This document shows positions 1 to 13,653 of a stretch of DNA of 64,000 nucleotides, piece after piece. The stretch covers positions 22,134,001 through 22,198,000 of the forward strand of contig NC_047018.1 of NCBI RefSeq assembly GCF_902652985.1, given 5' to 3'. The DNA comes from Pecten maximus. Lineage: Eukaryota. The translations under genes and the position numbers were made by a program. Each line of letters opens with the position of its first letter. Position 1 is the stretch's first letter. The notes below the pieces were generated by a model. It saw nothing but the letters and a program-made list of their open reading frames with translations. It ran no database searches and was not told the origin of the DNA.

Positions 1-1694
1 TTTTGAGAATGTCACTTAATGAGGAGTTGACCTTTATTCCATACGGGGTGTTGTTGTCATTGAATCAGGAGACGTTCTCCCTCCTCGAACACCTGGTCGT
101 ATTCTCAATATAATTCTGTATTTTGTTCTCGTTGTATTGCTTCTGACCTAAAATTATGATTTCGTTTAAATATCGATATTATTTATTGAGTTATTAGTTT
201 TTTGTTTTTTGTTGTTTTTTGTTTTTTGTCAAGTTTGAAAATTCACATCATTAACAAAGTTTTCGTTTCATGTGTGTATCGCATTGAAAGTAATACCGTT
301 GTTTCCGCAGATGGTGTTATATTAGCCACATATTTAATTGTACGACATTAAAACTATTTTCTTCCATAAGACAAACTACTACAGATGTTGTTATTTTCAT
401 TGACGGTATTGTTTGCAGTCAAACACACTGGAAATGGCTACCTAGAAAATGATCAGTGAAGAGAATGCTATACTCAGTAGTCTGTTTCACTATTTCCGCT
501 ACCCTCCTTTTCCCCTACTGTTGGTAAAACCATGGAAACCTGAACCAAAGTTTTATTGTATGGTGATGTCACAATGATGGCAATGGTCATATCATTTGGA
601 GAGATTAGAGTCCACAGGTATTTGTAAACCCCGTCACTTTAAATAGTTTCCAATCTGTTTCAAAAGCGACCATCGTCTATTTTGTTGACAAATTATCGGG
701 TTCCTTTTGCAGCCATCTATTATCGATTTACACCTAGCAGAAGTCGGTCTGTCATTTTGACCTATTGATCCTACTCTTAGGCGCACGTGCACCTGTAAAT
801 AAAGGTAACATTAGCTTCATCATCATCACGTAACAAGAGCAATAGGTTAATATAATTCTAAGTTAAACTTTAAATGACACAAAAATTACCATAAGTGTCT
901 GCGCACTTTCAAAATTAGAATCAGCTGAATTAAAACACTGAATTGATTTCTTAACATTTACAGAATTTCCATTTGTAAACATAATTTGAATACTCTCAAA
1001 GAATATTTACATATTTTTATCGGTTAATCTCGACTTGGTTTATACACGTGTAGGTAGTCGTACTCACAAACAATGTTGGTTGGACAAAGCCGTTTATAAA
1101 TAACTGGATTAAGTAAGCCTGCACAGACGTATTATAGAAACAAACAGAGAATTAAATCGGTAACTTTAACGCACCTTGCTGTTTTTGTCACCCATTCTGG
1201 CAGACTGCCAAAACCAAAGGTGAAACGTAGATTATTTGCTGGTTAAAATATGTTTCCAATTTTGACGTAACTTCCCTGTAGAAAGCCCCCTGTCCCCATT
1301 CTAAGTACCATTTCTGATGTAAACAAAGATGTTTCGTCAGACTTCGGAACTCCAATAAAATACCCGGAAACTAATGACATGTAAGCCTTACAAATATTGA
1401 CACTGGTATGATATCTTTATGACCAATTCAATAGGGTGTTTAGCATTGTCCTGTGAACCATCAAACACATTGGTCAGTTGACATATTGCCAGCATTTAAA
1501 CTGACCGAAAATATAAACAACTCCGAAACTGAATGGAGTAACGCGATCGACATTTTGGTTAGTAAACTGAAAACGTGGACATTACTCAACAATAAACAAA
1601 ACTTTCTGGAGATCTCAGACACATGTACCAGGAATAATAACCTGTTATTAATAATAAACAAAACTCCAAGATTAATATATAATACATAAAACAC

Positions 1695-4600
1695 TCAGAT
1701 ATCAGGTGCCGGATACGATCGATTAAAAACTAAAAACCCAGATACCAGTAGTTATAAATTATATACCAAGTGCCCAGATATCAGTAATTATAAACCATGT
1801 ACCCAGATATCAGTAATCATTAACCAAGTACCCAGATATCTGTAATTTAAAACTTAGAACCCAGATACCCAGTAATTATAAACCAAGTACCCACGATATC
1901 AATGCTTATAAACCAAGTGCCCAGATATCAGTAATTATAAACCATAAACCCAGATATTAGTTATTATAAACCAAGAACCCAGATATCAGTTAATATACTA
2001 GTAAACCAAGAACCCAGATATCAATAATTATAAACCAAGAACCCAGATATCAGTTAATATACTAGTAAACCAAGAACCCAGATATCAATAATTATAAACC
2101 AAGAACCCAGATATCAATAATTATAAACCAAGTACCCAGTTATTAGTTATTATAAACCAAGAACCCAGATATCAGTTAACATACTAATAAACCAAGAGCC
2201 CAGATATCAATAATTATAAACCAAGAACCCAGATATCAATAATTATAAACCAAGTGCCCAGATATTAGTTATTATAAACCAAGTACCCAGATATCAGTTA
2301 ATATACTAGTAAACCAAGAACCCAGATATCAGTAATTATAAACCAAGAACCCAGATATTAATAATCATAAACCAAGAACCCAGATATCAGTAATTATAAA
2401 CCAAGAACCCAGATATCAATAATTATAAACCAAGAACCCAGATATCAATGCTTATAAACCAAGTACCCAGAATATAGTTATTATAAACCAAGTGCCCAGA
2501 TATCAGTTAATATACTAGTAAACAAAGAACCCAGATATCAGTAATTATAAACCAAGAACCCATATATCAATAATTATAAACCAAGTACCCAGATATTAGT
2601 TATTATAAACCAAGTGCCCAGATATTAGTTATTATAAACCAAGAACCCAGATATCAGTAATTATAAACCAAGAACCCAGATATCGGTTATTATAAACCAA
2701 GAACCCAGATATCAGTTATTATACTAATAAACAAAGAACCCAGATATCAATAATTATAAACAAATAACCCAGATATCAATAATTATATACCTAGTATCCA
2801 GATATTAGTTATTATAAACCAAGAACCCAGATATCAGTTAATATACTAGTAAACTTAGAACCCAGATATCAATAATTATAAACCAAGAACCCAGATATCA
2901 ATAATTATAAACCAAGTACCTAGATATCAGTAATTATAAACCAAGTACCCAGATATTAGTTATTATAAACCAAGAACCCAGATATCAATAATTATAAACC
3001 AAGTACCCAAATATCAATAATTATAAACCAAGTACCCAGATATTAGTTATTATACACCAAGAACCCAGATATCAATAATTATAAACCAAGTACCCAAATA
3101 TCAATAATTATAAACCAAGAAACCAGATATTAGTTATTATACACCAAGAACCCAGATATCAATAATTATAAATCAAGTACCCAGATATCAATAATTATAA
3201 ACCAAGTACCCAGATATTAGTTATTATAAACCAAGTACCCAGATATCAGTTAATATACTAGTAAACTTAGAACCCAGATATCAATAATTATAAACCAAGA
3301 ACCCAGATATCAATAATTATAAACCAAGAACCCAGATATCAATAATTATAAACCAAGTACCCAGATATCAATAATTATAAATCAAGTACCCAGATATCAA
3401 TAATTATAAACCAAGTACCCAGATATCAATAATTATAAACCAAGTACCCAGATATCAGTAATTATAAACCAAGTACCCAGATATTAGTTATTATACACCA
3501 AGAACCCAGATATCAATAATTATAAACCAAGTGCCCAGATATCAATAATTATAAACCAAGTACCCAGATATTAGTTATTATACACCAAGAACCCAGATAT
3601 CAATAATTATAAACCAAGTGCCCAGATATCAATAATTATAAACCAAGTACCCAGATATCAATAATTATAAACCAAGTACCCAGATATTAGTTATTATAAA
3701 CCAAGAACCCAGATATCAATAATTATAAACCAAGTACCCAGATATCAATAATTATAAACCAAGTACCCAGATATTAGTTATTATAAACCAAGTACCCAGA
3801 TATCAATAATTATAAACCAAGCACCCAGATATCAATAATTATAAACCAAGTACCCAGATATTAGTTATTATAAACCAAGAACCCAGATATCAATAATTAT
3901 AAACCAAGAACCCAGATATCAATAATTTCAAACCAAGTACCCAGATATTAGTTATTATACACCAAGAACCCAGATATCAATAATTATAAACCAAGTGCCC
4001 AGATATCAATAATTATAAACCAAGTACCCAGATATCAATAATTATAAACCAAGTACCCAGATATTAGTTATTATAAACCAAGTACCCAGATATCAATAAT
4101 TATAAACCAAGAACCCAGATATCAATAATTATAAACCAAGTACCCAGATATCAATAATTATAAACCAAGTACCCAGATATCAATAATTATAAACCAAGTA
4201 CCCAGATATCAATAATTATAAACCAAGTACCCAGATATTAGTTATTATAAACCAAGAACCCAGATATCAATAATTATAAACCAAGTACCCAGATATCAAT
4301 AATTATAAACCAAGTACCCAGATATTAGTTATTATAAACCAAGTACCCAGATATCAATAATTATAAACCAAGAACCCAGATATCAATAATTATAAACCAA
4401 GTACCCAGATATCAATAATTATAAACCAAGTACCCAGATATCAATAATTATAAACCAAGTACCCAGATATCAATAATTATAAACCAAGTACCCAGATATT
4501 AGTTATTATAAACCAAGAACCCAGATATCAATAATTATAAACCAAGTACCCAGATATCAATAATTATAAACCAAGTACCCAGATATTAGTTATTATAAAC

Positions 4601-7600
4601 CAAGTACCCAGATATCAATAATTATAAACCAAGTACCCAGATATCAATAATTATAAACCAAGTACCCAGATATCAATAATTATAAACCAAGTACCCAGAT
4701 ATCAATAATTATAAACCAAGTACCCAGATATCAATAATTATAAACCAAGTACCCATATATTAGTTATTATACACCAAGAACCCAGATATCAATAATTATA
4801 AACCAAGTGCCCAGATATCAATAATTATAAACCAAGTACCCAGATATCAATAATTATAAACCAAGAACCCAGATATCAATAATTATAAACCAAGTACCCA
4901 GATATCAATAATTATAAACCAAGTACCCAGATATCAATAATTATAAACCAAGTACCCAGATATCAATAATTATAAACCAAGTACCCAGATATTAGTTATT
5001 ATACACCAAGTACCCAGATATCAATAATTATAAACCAAGTACCCAGATATTAGTTATTATAAACCAAGAACCCAGATATCAGTTAACATACTAATAAACC
5101 AAGAGCCCAGATATCAATAATTATAAACCAAGAACCCAGATATCAATAATTATAAACCAAGTACCCAGATATCAATAATTATAAACCAAGTACCCAGATA
5201 TCAATAATTATAAACCAAGTACCCAGATATCAATAATTATAAACCAAGTACCCAGATATCAATAATTATAAACCAAGTACCCAGATATTAGTTATTATAC
5301 ACCAAGAACCCAGATATCAATAATTATAAATCAAGTGCCCAGATATCAATAATTATAAACCAAGAACCCAGATATCAATAATTATAAACCAAGTACCCAG
5401 ATATCAATAATTATAAACCAAGTACCCAGATATCAATAATTATAAACCAAGTACCCAGATATTAGTTATTATAAACCAAGAACCCAGATATCAATAATTA
5501 TAAACCAAGTACCCAGATATCAATAATTATAAACCAAGTACCCAGATATCAATAATTATAAACCAAGTGCCCAGATATCAATAATTATAAACCAAGTACC
5601 CAGATATCAATAATTATAAATCAAGTGCCCAGATATCAATAATTATAAATCAAGTACCCAGATATCAATAATTATAAATCAAGTACCCAGATATCAATAA
5701 TTATAAACCAAGTACCTAGATATTAGTTATTATATACCAAGTACCCAGATATCAATAATTATAAATCAAGTACCCAGATATCAATAATTATAAATCAAGT
5801 ACCCAGATATCAATAATTATAAACCAAGTACCTAGATATTAGTTATTATACACCAAGTACCCAGATATCAATAATTATAAAACAAGTACCCAGATATAAA
5901 TAATTATAAATCAAGTACCCAGATATCAATAATTATAAACCAAGTACCCAGATATTAGTAATTATACACCAAGAACCCAGATATCAATAATTATAAATCA
6001 AGTGCCCAGATATCAATAATTATAAATCAAGTACCCAGATATCAATAATTATAAACCAAGTACCCAGGTATCAATAATTATAAATCAAGTACCCAGATAT
6101 CAATAATTATAAACCAAGTACCCAGATATTAGTAATTATACACCAAGAACCCAGATATCAATAATTATAAATCAAGTGCCCAGATATCAATAATTATAAA
6201 TCAAGTACCCAGATATCAATAATTATAAACCAAGTACCCAGATATCAATAATTATAAATCAAGTACCCAGATATCAATAATTATAAACCAAGTACCCAGA
6301 TATCAATAATTATAAACCAAGTGCCCAGATATCAATAATTATAAACCAAGTACCCAGATATCAATAATTATAAACCAAGTACCCAGATATTAATAATTAT
6401 AAACCAAGTACCCAGATATCGGTTATTATAAACCAAGAACCCAGATATCAATAATTATAAACCAAGTACCCAGATATCAATAATTATAAACCAAGTACCC
6501 AGATATCAATAATTATAAACCAAGTGCCCAGATATCAATAATTATAAATCAAGTGCCCAGATATCAATAATTATAAATCAAGTACCCAGATATCAATAAT
6601 TATAAATCAAGTACCCAGATATCAATAATTATAAACCAAGTACCTAGATATTAGTTATTATATACCAAGTACCCAGATATCAATAATTATAAATCAAGTA
6701 CCCAGATATCAATAATTATAAATCAAGTACCCAGATATCAATAATTATAAACCAAGTACCTAGATATTAGTTATTATACACCAAGTACCCAGATATCAAT
6801 AATTATAAAACAAGTACCCAGATATAAATAATTATAAATCAAGTACCCAGATATCAATAATTATAAACCAAGTACCCAGATATCAATAATTATAAACCAA
6901 GTACCCAGATATTAGTAATTATACACCAAGAACCCAGATATCAATAATTATAAATCAAGTGCCCAGATATCAATAATTATAAATCAAGTACCCAGATATC
7001 AATAATTATAAACCAAGTACCCAGGTATCAATAATTATAAATCAAGTACCCAGATATCAATAATTATAAACCAAGTACCCAGATATTAGTAATTATACAC
7101 CAAGAACCCAGATATCAATAATTATAAATCAAGTGCCCAGATATCAATAATTATAAATCAAGTACCCAGATATCAATAATTATAAACCAAGTACCCAGAT
7201 ATCAATAATTATAAATCAAGTACCCAGATATCAATAATTATAAACCAAGTACCCAGATATCAATAATTATAAACCAAGTGCCCAGATATCAATAATTATA
7301 AACCAAGTACCCAGATATCAATAATTATAAACCAAGTACCCAGATATTAATAATTATAAACCAAGTACCCAGATATCGGTTATTATAAACCAAGAACCCA
7401 GATATCAATAATTATAAACCAAGTACCCAGATATCAATAATTATAAACCAAGTGCCCAGATATCAATAATTATAAACCAAGAACCCAGATATCAATAATT
7501 ATAAACCAAGTACCCAGATATCAATAATTATAAACCAAGTACCCAGATATCAATAATTATAAACCAAGTACCCAGATATCAATAATTATAAACCAAGTAC

Positions 7601-7638
7601 CCAGATATCAATAATTATAAACCAAGTACCCAGATATA
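1695..7638. repeat. 29-bp satellite array (about 200 units), consensus ATAAACCAAGTACCCAGATATCAATAATT
   Basis: Direct tandem periodicity of 29 bp. 35-bp variants (…CAGTTAATATACTAGTAAAC…) occur mainly in the left part. The left edge is degenerate and the right edge is sharp. Confidence 0.98.
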
Positions 7639-8351
7639 TACTTATCACTCGTTTATCATTATGTATGGACAAAGAAGCCAGATATAAAAAATGAAGAATG
7701 CGAAATGTCGTCTCAATTAATCTTTTATTCTGTTATTTATACGGTGTTTTGAAAAAATGATTAAAATAGTATTGTGTATGAATATAGTTCTGATTCAAGC
7801 AACGAATGAAGATACACCGTCCTATACTATAACTGGAGACGTTATTAACTGATCTACCTTGTAATTAGTTCTAGGTGTCCCTGTCAACTGGACCTACAGG
7901 TTTAGTTTTAGAGTAAGTACATGTTTTGTAAGTCTAGAAATTGTTTATATATGTCCATCAAAAATAATGGGTGGAACCTTGACAGAACCTTAACCAAGTT
8001 GATCGTAACGGGAATAGGAGAACTATTTATACCTGTTTACATACTTTGCTTACAAAAGAAATACATTTACAGGTACAACATTTATCATGAAATGGCAAAT
8101 AGATCATTAAGGCATTTAAAACACGACAAATACTGTGTTCTGTCTGACAAAGACAGATATCAATCTGTGAAGGACATGAACTTTTGACATCTTTTCGAGG
8201 TAAACACATTTCAATGAAGGATATTGCGAACACAGCATGCCCGTTTTTGGAATATAAAGAATTCTAAACTATTTGAAGGTGTTTTTATTGCATGAATTTT
8301 GACTTCCCGAGAATGTTTTTAGAATAATATCAACGTTACACAGCACTTGAC

Positions 8352-8545
8352 ATACTGTACTTCACTTTTATTTTGGTTGGGATTTATTTTCGCGTAAATA
8401 CGCTAAGAGAGTCAATCGAAATAACAGTCTTGCTGGGTCCATGATTCTAAAACCTCACCATTCGCGAATTTAACGTCATTTCTATATACGCTTTCATGTA
8501 CTCGCGAAAACATCTGAAGAGGTAAGTTCGCGAAATAAAGTATTA
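8352..8545. mobile_element. Degenerate MITE-like remnant with TACTGTA end and repeated TTCGCG(AA) motifs
   Basis: TACTGTA at about 8353 and four (T/C)TCGCG motifs near 8388, 8461, 8501 and 8527 in otherwise CpG-poor DNA. The right terminus is not recognisable. Confidence 0.35.
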
Positions 8546-10764
8546 TAAATATTGATGAATGTTTTAATATAATGAACTGGTACTTTTTTCATTCGCATGC
8601 TGAGGATCGATATTGATATGGAAAGCAATTCTAACAAAAGTACCAACAATGTCCTATGTTATGGGTACACAAATGAACAATTTCCCCAAACCAAGAAACT
8701 CAAAACATGTCTTTGATTATCTGATATCATTTCATATAATATCTTTAATTATTACTATGATAATGCCAACTGACAATTGAAATCTTCGTGACAAATCCCC
8801 CACAAAATCAAGGTATGAAATAAAGTAGTTGATTTGAAGGGAACGTTAAGAATAATTAATACCTATATCACATAGTACAAATGTATTTATAAAGTGGCGA
8901 AACTTAAACTAATTGTCAGGATAAAGGCCTTAAAGGTTATCGAGAACTTGCCAAAACAAAATTAATGATAGGTGTTTTATAAATGTTAAAGAACATTTGT
9001 ATATGTTTTTGTGTAATGTACTCATATAGTTATAAGTTGTACTCGAGCGGATGGACATAACAATGGCTTGTTGGCAGGGTGACTTGTTTGTATGGTGTAG
9101 GTACGTGGGATACATTACCAACCCTGTTTACATTGAGACAACGTGACCGCATGTATTAACCTTATTTTATGTCGACAGCATTGTTCTGATGTACTTGGTA
9201 TCCTTTGTTGATGTGCAGGTGTTTGTTATGGTATTCGACTTTGTGAAATATCTCTTAGTTTAACAGAATAATGTCGATGATTTAGTTTCTTGATATAACA
9301 GAGAATATATGAGAACGGTCTTAGTTTAGTTTTTATTTCTGAATCATACAGATATATGGATAGAATAAATTCACACGAGACTAACCTACGTCAATATATT
9401 TGGCTCATTTACGTAGGTGTACTACACATTAAAACACCTACCTGATATACATGGACGTAATTATTTTGTTAAATAAAAGTTTGCGGATTTGTAACTCTGG
9501 ATCACCAAGGTGGTAACGTAGATAGATTATGATAATCGTACATGTAATTAATAGGTAGGTATAGGGTTAGTGTTGTAAGCAATCACTGACGTCTACGACA
9601 AACAATGTTATAATCCCCTATATCGTTAATCCAATGTGACCTTATAGCACGTTGAAAACAACGTGAGAGAAACACGATAATATGTTTGTTGTCAGATTGT
9701 TATTACTCTAACATATTACTCCCGTATTTGTAAAAATCTGGATCCACAGTTTGAAGTATCAATTCATGTTCAAACCAACTTTCTTGAAAACCAGGTGACA
9801 AGGTTACAGAATGAACACAGAAAGTGTTGAGCGGTATTCGGCTTGAAGTAACTCCTAATCATTGTAAATTGTTAAACTTCGTATAATAAGGATAGACTGA
9901 AATTACACAGAATCATGGTATAGAGTCCTGAACATCAGACTGAATTCTCTCTGTTGAACAGTCAGGTTCACCATCTGCCGATTTCCAAATTGCTGAACAA
10001 ATATTTACTCCAATCATAAACGCTAAAAGTTTCTAATGACAATAACTGTTTCTGTAATTGTTTAACTTGGGTAACGGTCATATCTTCTGACTGTGTAATT
10101 TTATTGTAACTGGTGATTTGTTTCGTTGATAAAGCCATTGCTATGTAAGATTTTTGTTTAACTTCCATTGATTTTCTTAGTACCTCATTTTAAGATGGTT
10201 GTATTGAAAGACTTATCAAATAATTTTCTTTATGACCCTCATACAACATTTATTTATGAGATAGAACTTATTATTTCTATGAGTTTTTCGTTGGACACAA
10301 TTATTCATATCTTGTTTTGAACAGAAAGAGGGAACAGTCATATTATCGATAAACAGAATATTTACGAAAACAAAATATTTACAGTCACGTGGTATGGTGA
10401 TGTTGTCAGAATGGAAGTAAATAATAATGAATATCTTTTGTAGTACAATTGCCTATTACAAATATAAAGAATTCCTAGATGGTTATAATGCTCAAACAAA
10501 TCACAGCTATTTAAGCAAAACCAAATGCTGAAGAAAATCAAGATAACGAAACTTCTAACGCAGCCCCTGACATGTTCATACTTTTTCAAACATAATGCAA
10601 ACAGATATTCCTGTAAAATTCTACAGAAAAAAAGTAGGTCATCAAACCCAAACCCACACCAACCCCTCAATATCTGACATTCTGGAATGACCATTGGTCT
10701 TGATCATATTATCAGATATATATTTTGTATATATATAAAAAGATATATTTAAGTTTAAAATATG

Positions 10765-10770
10765 TTTATT
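10765..10770 (-). terminator. Candidate polyadenylation signal (AATAAA) of the 162-aa gene
   Basis: TTTATT on the plus strand about 1.15 kb downstream of the stop codon, after AT-rich UTR-like sequence. Confidence 0.45.
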
Positions 10771-11920
10771 TGAGTTACAAAAATATAAACATTACAAAAA
10801 TGCTATATTGTACAAATTCCTTCCACACATGCTACCATTACTCATCTATACATTTAGTTTTACTCTACTTAAAATAACTCGACTCAAAACTAATTTACAT
10901 AAATTTGCATTGTTCTGTAGTATGTGGTTCTGTATAGGTTAATTAGCACCACACATACACTCAGATGTATATATGTAATATATTATTGATATATAATATA
11001 GCCTCGATATAATGCCACAGAGAAAAATGGCGTCACAAAGAGTTTTGATGGTATTTCGAATGAAATATAGATGAATTGTTTGAAACAACGAACATTTCAA
11101 TATGTATTGGAATAAGCACAATGACATTTAAACAAGGAACATCATATCGAGGTTTTACTCTTCACTCATAACAACGTTCAAATACCAAATGAATTTCCAT
11201 TCAGTCACACTCGTGTTTTAAACATCGTATGTTAATATGTTTGTAGAAGAGCTTCACATGTTATACATGATATATGAATAGAGAGACCTTTTTAAATCAA
11301 CATGATTCGTTATATCATTTCTCTTAGAAAACAGTTAAAGAAGGCAGTAAAATATCATATTGTCATTGACAAATAAAAAATGTTATACATACATACAATT
11401 CAATCGCTTTCATACTATCACCTCCGTACATGAATAATAACGGATGTATATTCTACACCTATCGAATACCCGTAATGTAGTATAGTTTTCTATATCCATA
11501 CATTCACACAGTGAGGTTTACACATGATTATATCATGTATTCTGTCAGTTTTAATGAGGTAGTGAAGGTGCCAAATATTGGGTCTTCACAAATAATGAAG
11601 GTCGTCACGTTTTAACAAACGTGGACCTCCGCGTAGTTCAGAATCACTATTAATAAATGTTAATAACACCAGTGCCGAGTTAATATGTCTCCAACACGTC
11701 TTCATTATTCACAGATAATGTCACTAGTGCTCCAGGGGTACGTAAGCGTAGCGAGACCAGCGTCCAAGTGAAGAAAATCAGTAGCATACCAAACGTAGAA
11801 CGTACCAATAATTTTACCAAAGTTCAATAGAAAATGATTTCTCTGAACAAATTGCGGTTAGTAACACATGTCTTGGCAGGAACACATTGGCTGAATTCGG
11901 AAGTTGTCCGAATGTATCGC

Positions 11921-12409
11921 TCATTTGGTTAGGAGCATCTGTTTTGATGAAGGCTCATGCTTCAATATAGATTTTGGAACAGTTTTAATGTAAATTCTTG
12001 CAGCGTGTTTTTCAGCATTACATGGTTCGTAAGCTACCGGAACAATATAGCGTTCATCAACCCACTGTACGTGGTGTTCTGACCCCCTTCTTCTAGTTGA
12101 ACGACGTCCTGTTGCTCGCTTTCTTCCTTCATTAGCGTCTGCCGACCACTTTGGGCCTTCTTCACACTCCGACCCGTCTGGTGAGTCTGGAATTGTAGTT
12201 AGACTGTTTTTTTCGAGTTGTTTTCGAGATATACCGTCCAAAAACTTCATGACCTCAGGATCTAGGTTTGTTAGACTTTCCTCGTCGGAGAAATTTAGCT
12301 GTTTCAGCACCATCTGAAATGCGTCCGATCCCCTCCTCATAGGGACTTTATGATTCGGAGAGGGACTCCTTGACATTCCGCCCATACTGTGGTCACTGTC
12401 ACTGTCCAT
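11921..12409 (-). CDS. Single-exon 162-aa uncharacterised, probably disordered protein with RRGS/RRST kinase sites and candidate PP1-docking motifs
   Basis: Uninterrupted ORF that is GC-richer than its flanks, AAAATGG start context, hydrophilic Ser/acidic/basic composition. Motifs RRGSD, RRST, RRRGSE, HHVQW and KSILK. Confidence 0.8.
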   Translation of the reverse strand: MDSDSDHSMGGMSRSPSPNHKVPMRRGSDAFQMVLKQLNFSDEESLTNLDPEVMKFLDGISRKQLEKNSLTTIPDSPDGSECEEGPKWSADANEGRKRATGRRSTRRRGSEHHVQWVDERYIVPVAYEPCNAEKHAARIYIKTVPKSILKHEPSSKQMLLTK

Positions 12410-12804
12410 TTTAATGAGGTAGCGATTTCCACTTATTCAGGTTAAGTCTGAACAGCAATGTTTCCCCTTAGATCCGCGGACACAACATATAATACTTTAG
12501 AAAAAGTTTACCAACAGTAATTATTTTGAGTTAAAATAATTGTGTCACTTTCCACATGTTGTGTTTATCACTCCGCCCGGTTTTTTCGTAACAAGTGTAA
12601 ACGTACAACAAAAGCACTTTTAACACGTCCGCTCACAGTAGTCGATATGGTTTAAATGAGTCTTACAAGCGGGAGTTGTTTACAACTTATAAACTCCAAA
12701 CAGGCTGGTCTAAGCCTAACCTGGATAATTGCCAAATCTAAAGCTCATTTCTAAACACACAATAGAGCTCTCTCAATCCGCACAAATCTGCAGTATACCT
12801 TTAA

Positions 12805-12810
12805 TTTATA
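12805..12810 (-). promoter_or_regulatory. Candidate TATA box for the 162-aa gene
   Basis: TATAAA on the minus strand about 400 bp upstream of the ATG. Position only, no transcript evidence. Confidence 0.35.
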
Positions 12811-13653
12811 CACCGGCTTCCATGTCACTGTACACATAAAGCCGTGTTGTTATCGGGGTGATATTATGTTACTGCACTGATCTGAGTCTATACACGCCAG
12901 TTATTTTTGAACCTCATAAAGCTATTTTTCATACCCGAGTTGAAATTTATAGTTAAAGGTGAACAGACCGATGTTTAGGTAGATAGCACATACTTAGAAA
13001 CGGACCAGAGACGACTCATTTCAGTCAATACAATGTGTGGTTGTGTTTGCCGTACAAAAGCATAATGTATGTGGGCCATTTTTCGCTTCCTACAGTTATG
13101 CTTTGTCTAATATTGAACTACTATTTACAATTGATTCACATTTCCACGCCCAGCACTCAGTACCGTTTTTAAAACATACCTGGGACAATTGATCACATAA
13201 CGGTTACTCACTTGGAGATTCGTTGTTTATTCACAGGTACGTTTTTTAATTAACGTACTGAACACATTAGGTTCTTTGCGACATGTCCTCATAGTTGTAC
13301 AAATGGGGATGGTCATTTGCTAGAGTAGAAGGACACTGAAGAGCAGGATCAATTTAACACAATATTACTTTATTTTTCGTGGATAGAATATATATATAAA
13401 TATGGCTTGTACGGCTCACCTGGATATTTCAGCAACGAATGTAAAACACCTATTTGCCCCCATCCCTCTGCCCTTTGAGGGGGCAGACTCTCAAATTTTC
13501 AAAACATTTAGTCTCATTCATTAACAAATTCCAAACAAATTTTGGACTAACATTTACATTCACACAGAAGAGAGATTTTAAAAGATTTATTTCTATTTGT
13601 CTTATTTGGCCCCTCTGTCTTCAAGGGGCTAGATCATCTCGTTCTTATTTACG

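Noticed and set aside
40-110. Resemblance to a common bivalve dispersed repeat (…CAGGAGACG…CACCTG…), also near 15970-16010
   Set aside because: Too short and degenerate to name or delimit without a search.
440-1300. Possible minus-strand exons (acceptor near 793, donor near 1067)
   Set aside because: All three frames close quickly and no domain is recognisable. A non-coding transcript cannot be supported from sequence alone.
1453-1694. Overlapping short ORFs on both strands
   Set aside because: No motifs or splice support, and the length is expected by chance.
1695-7638. CRISPR-like appearance of the regular arrays (also 20556-22702)
   Set aside because: Units are head-to-tail with no unique spacers, there are no cas genes, and the context is eukaryotic.
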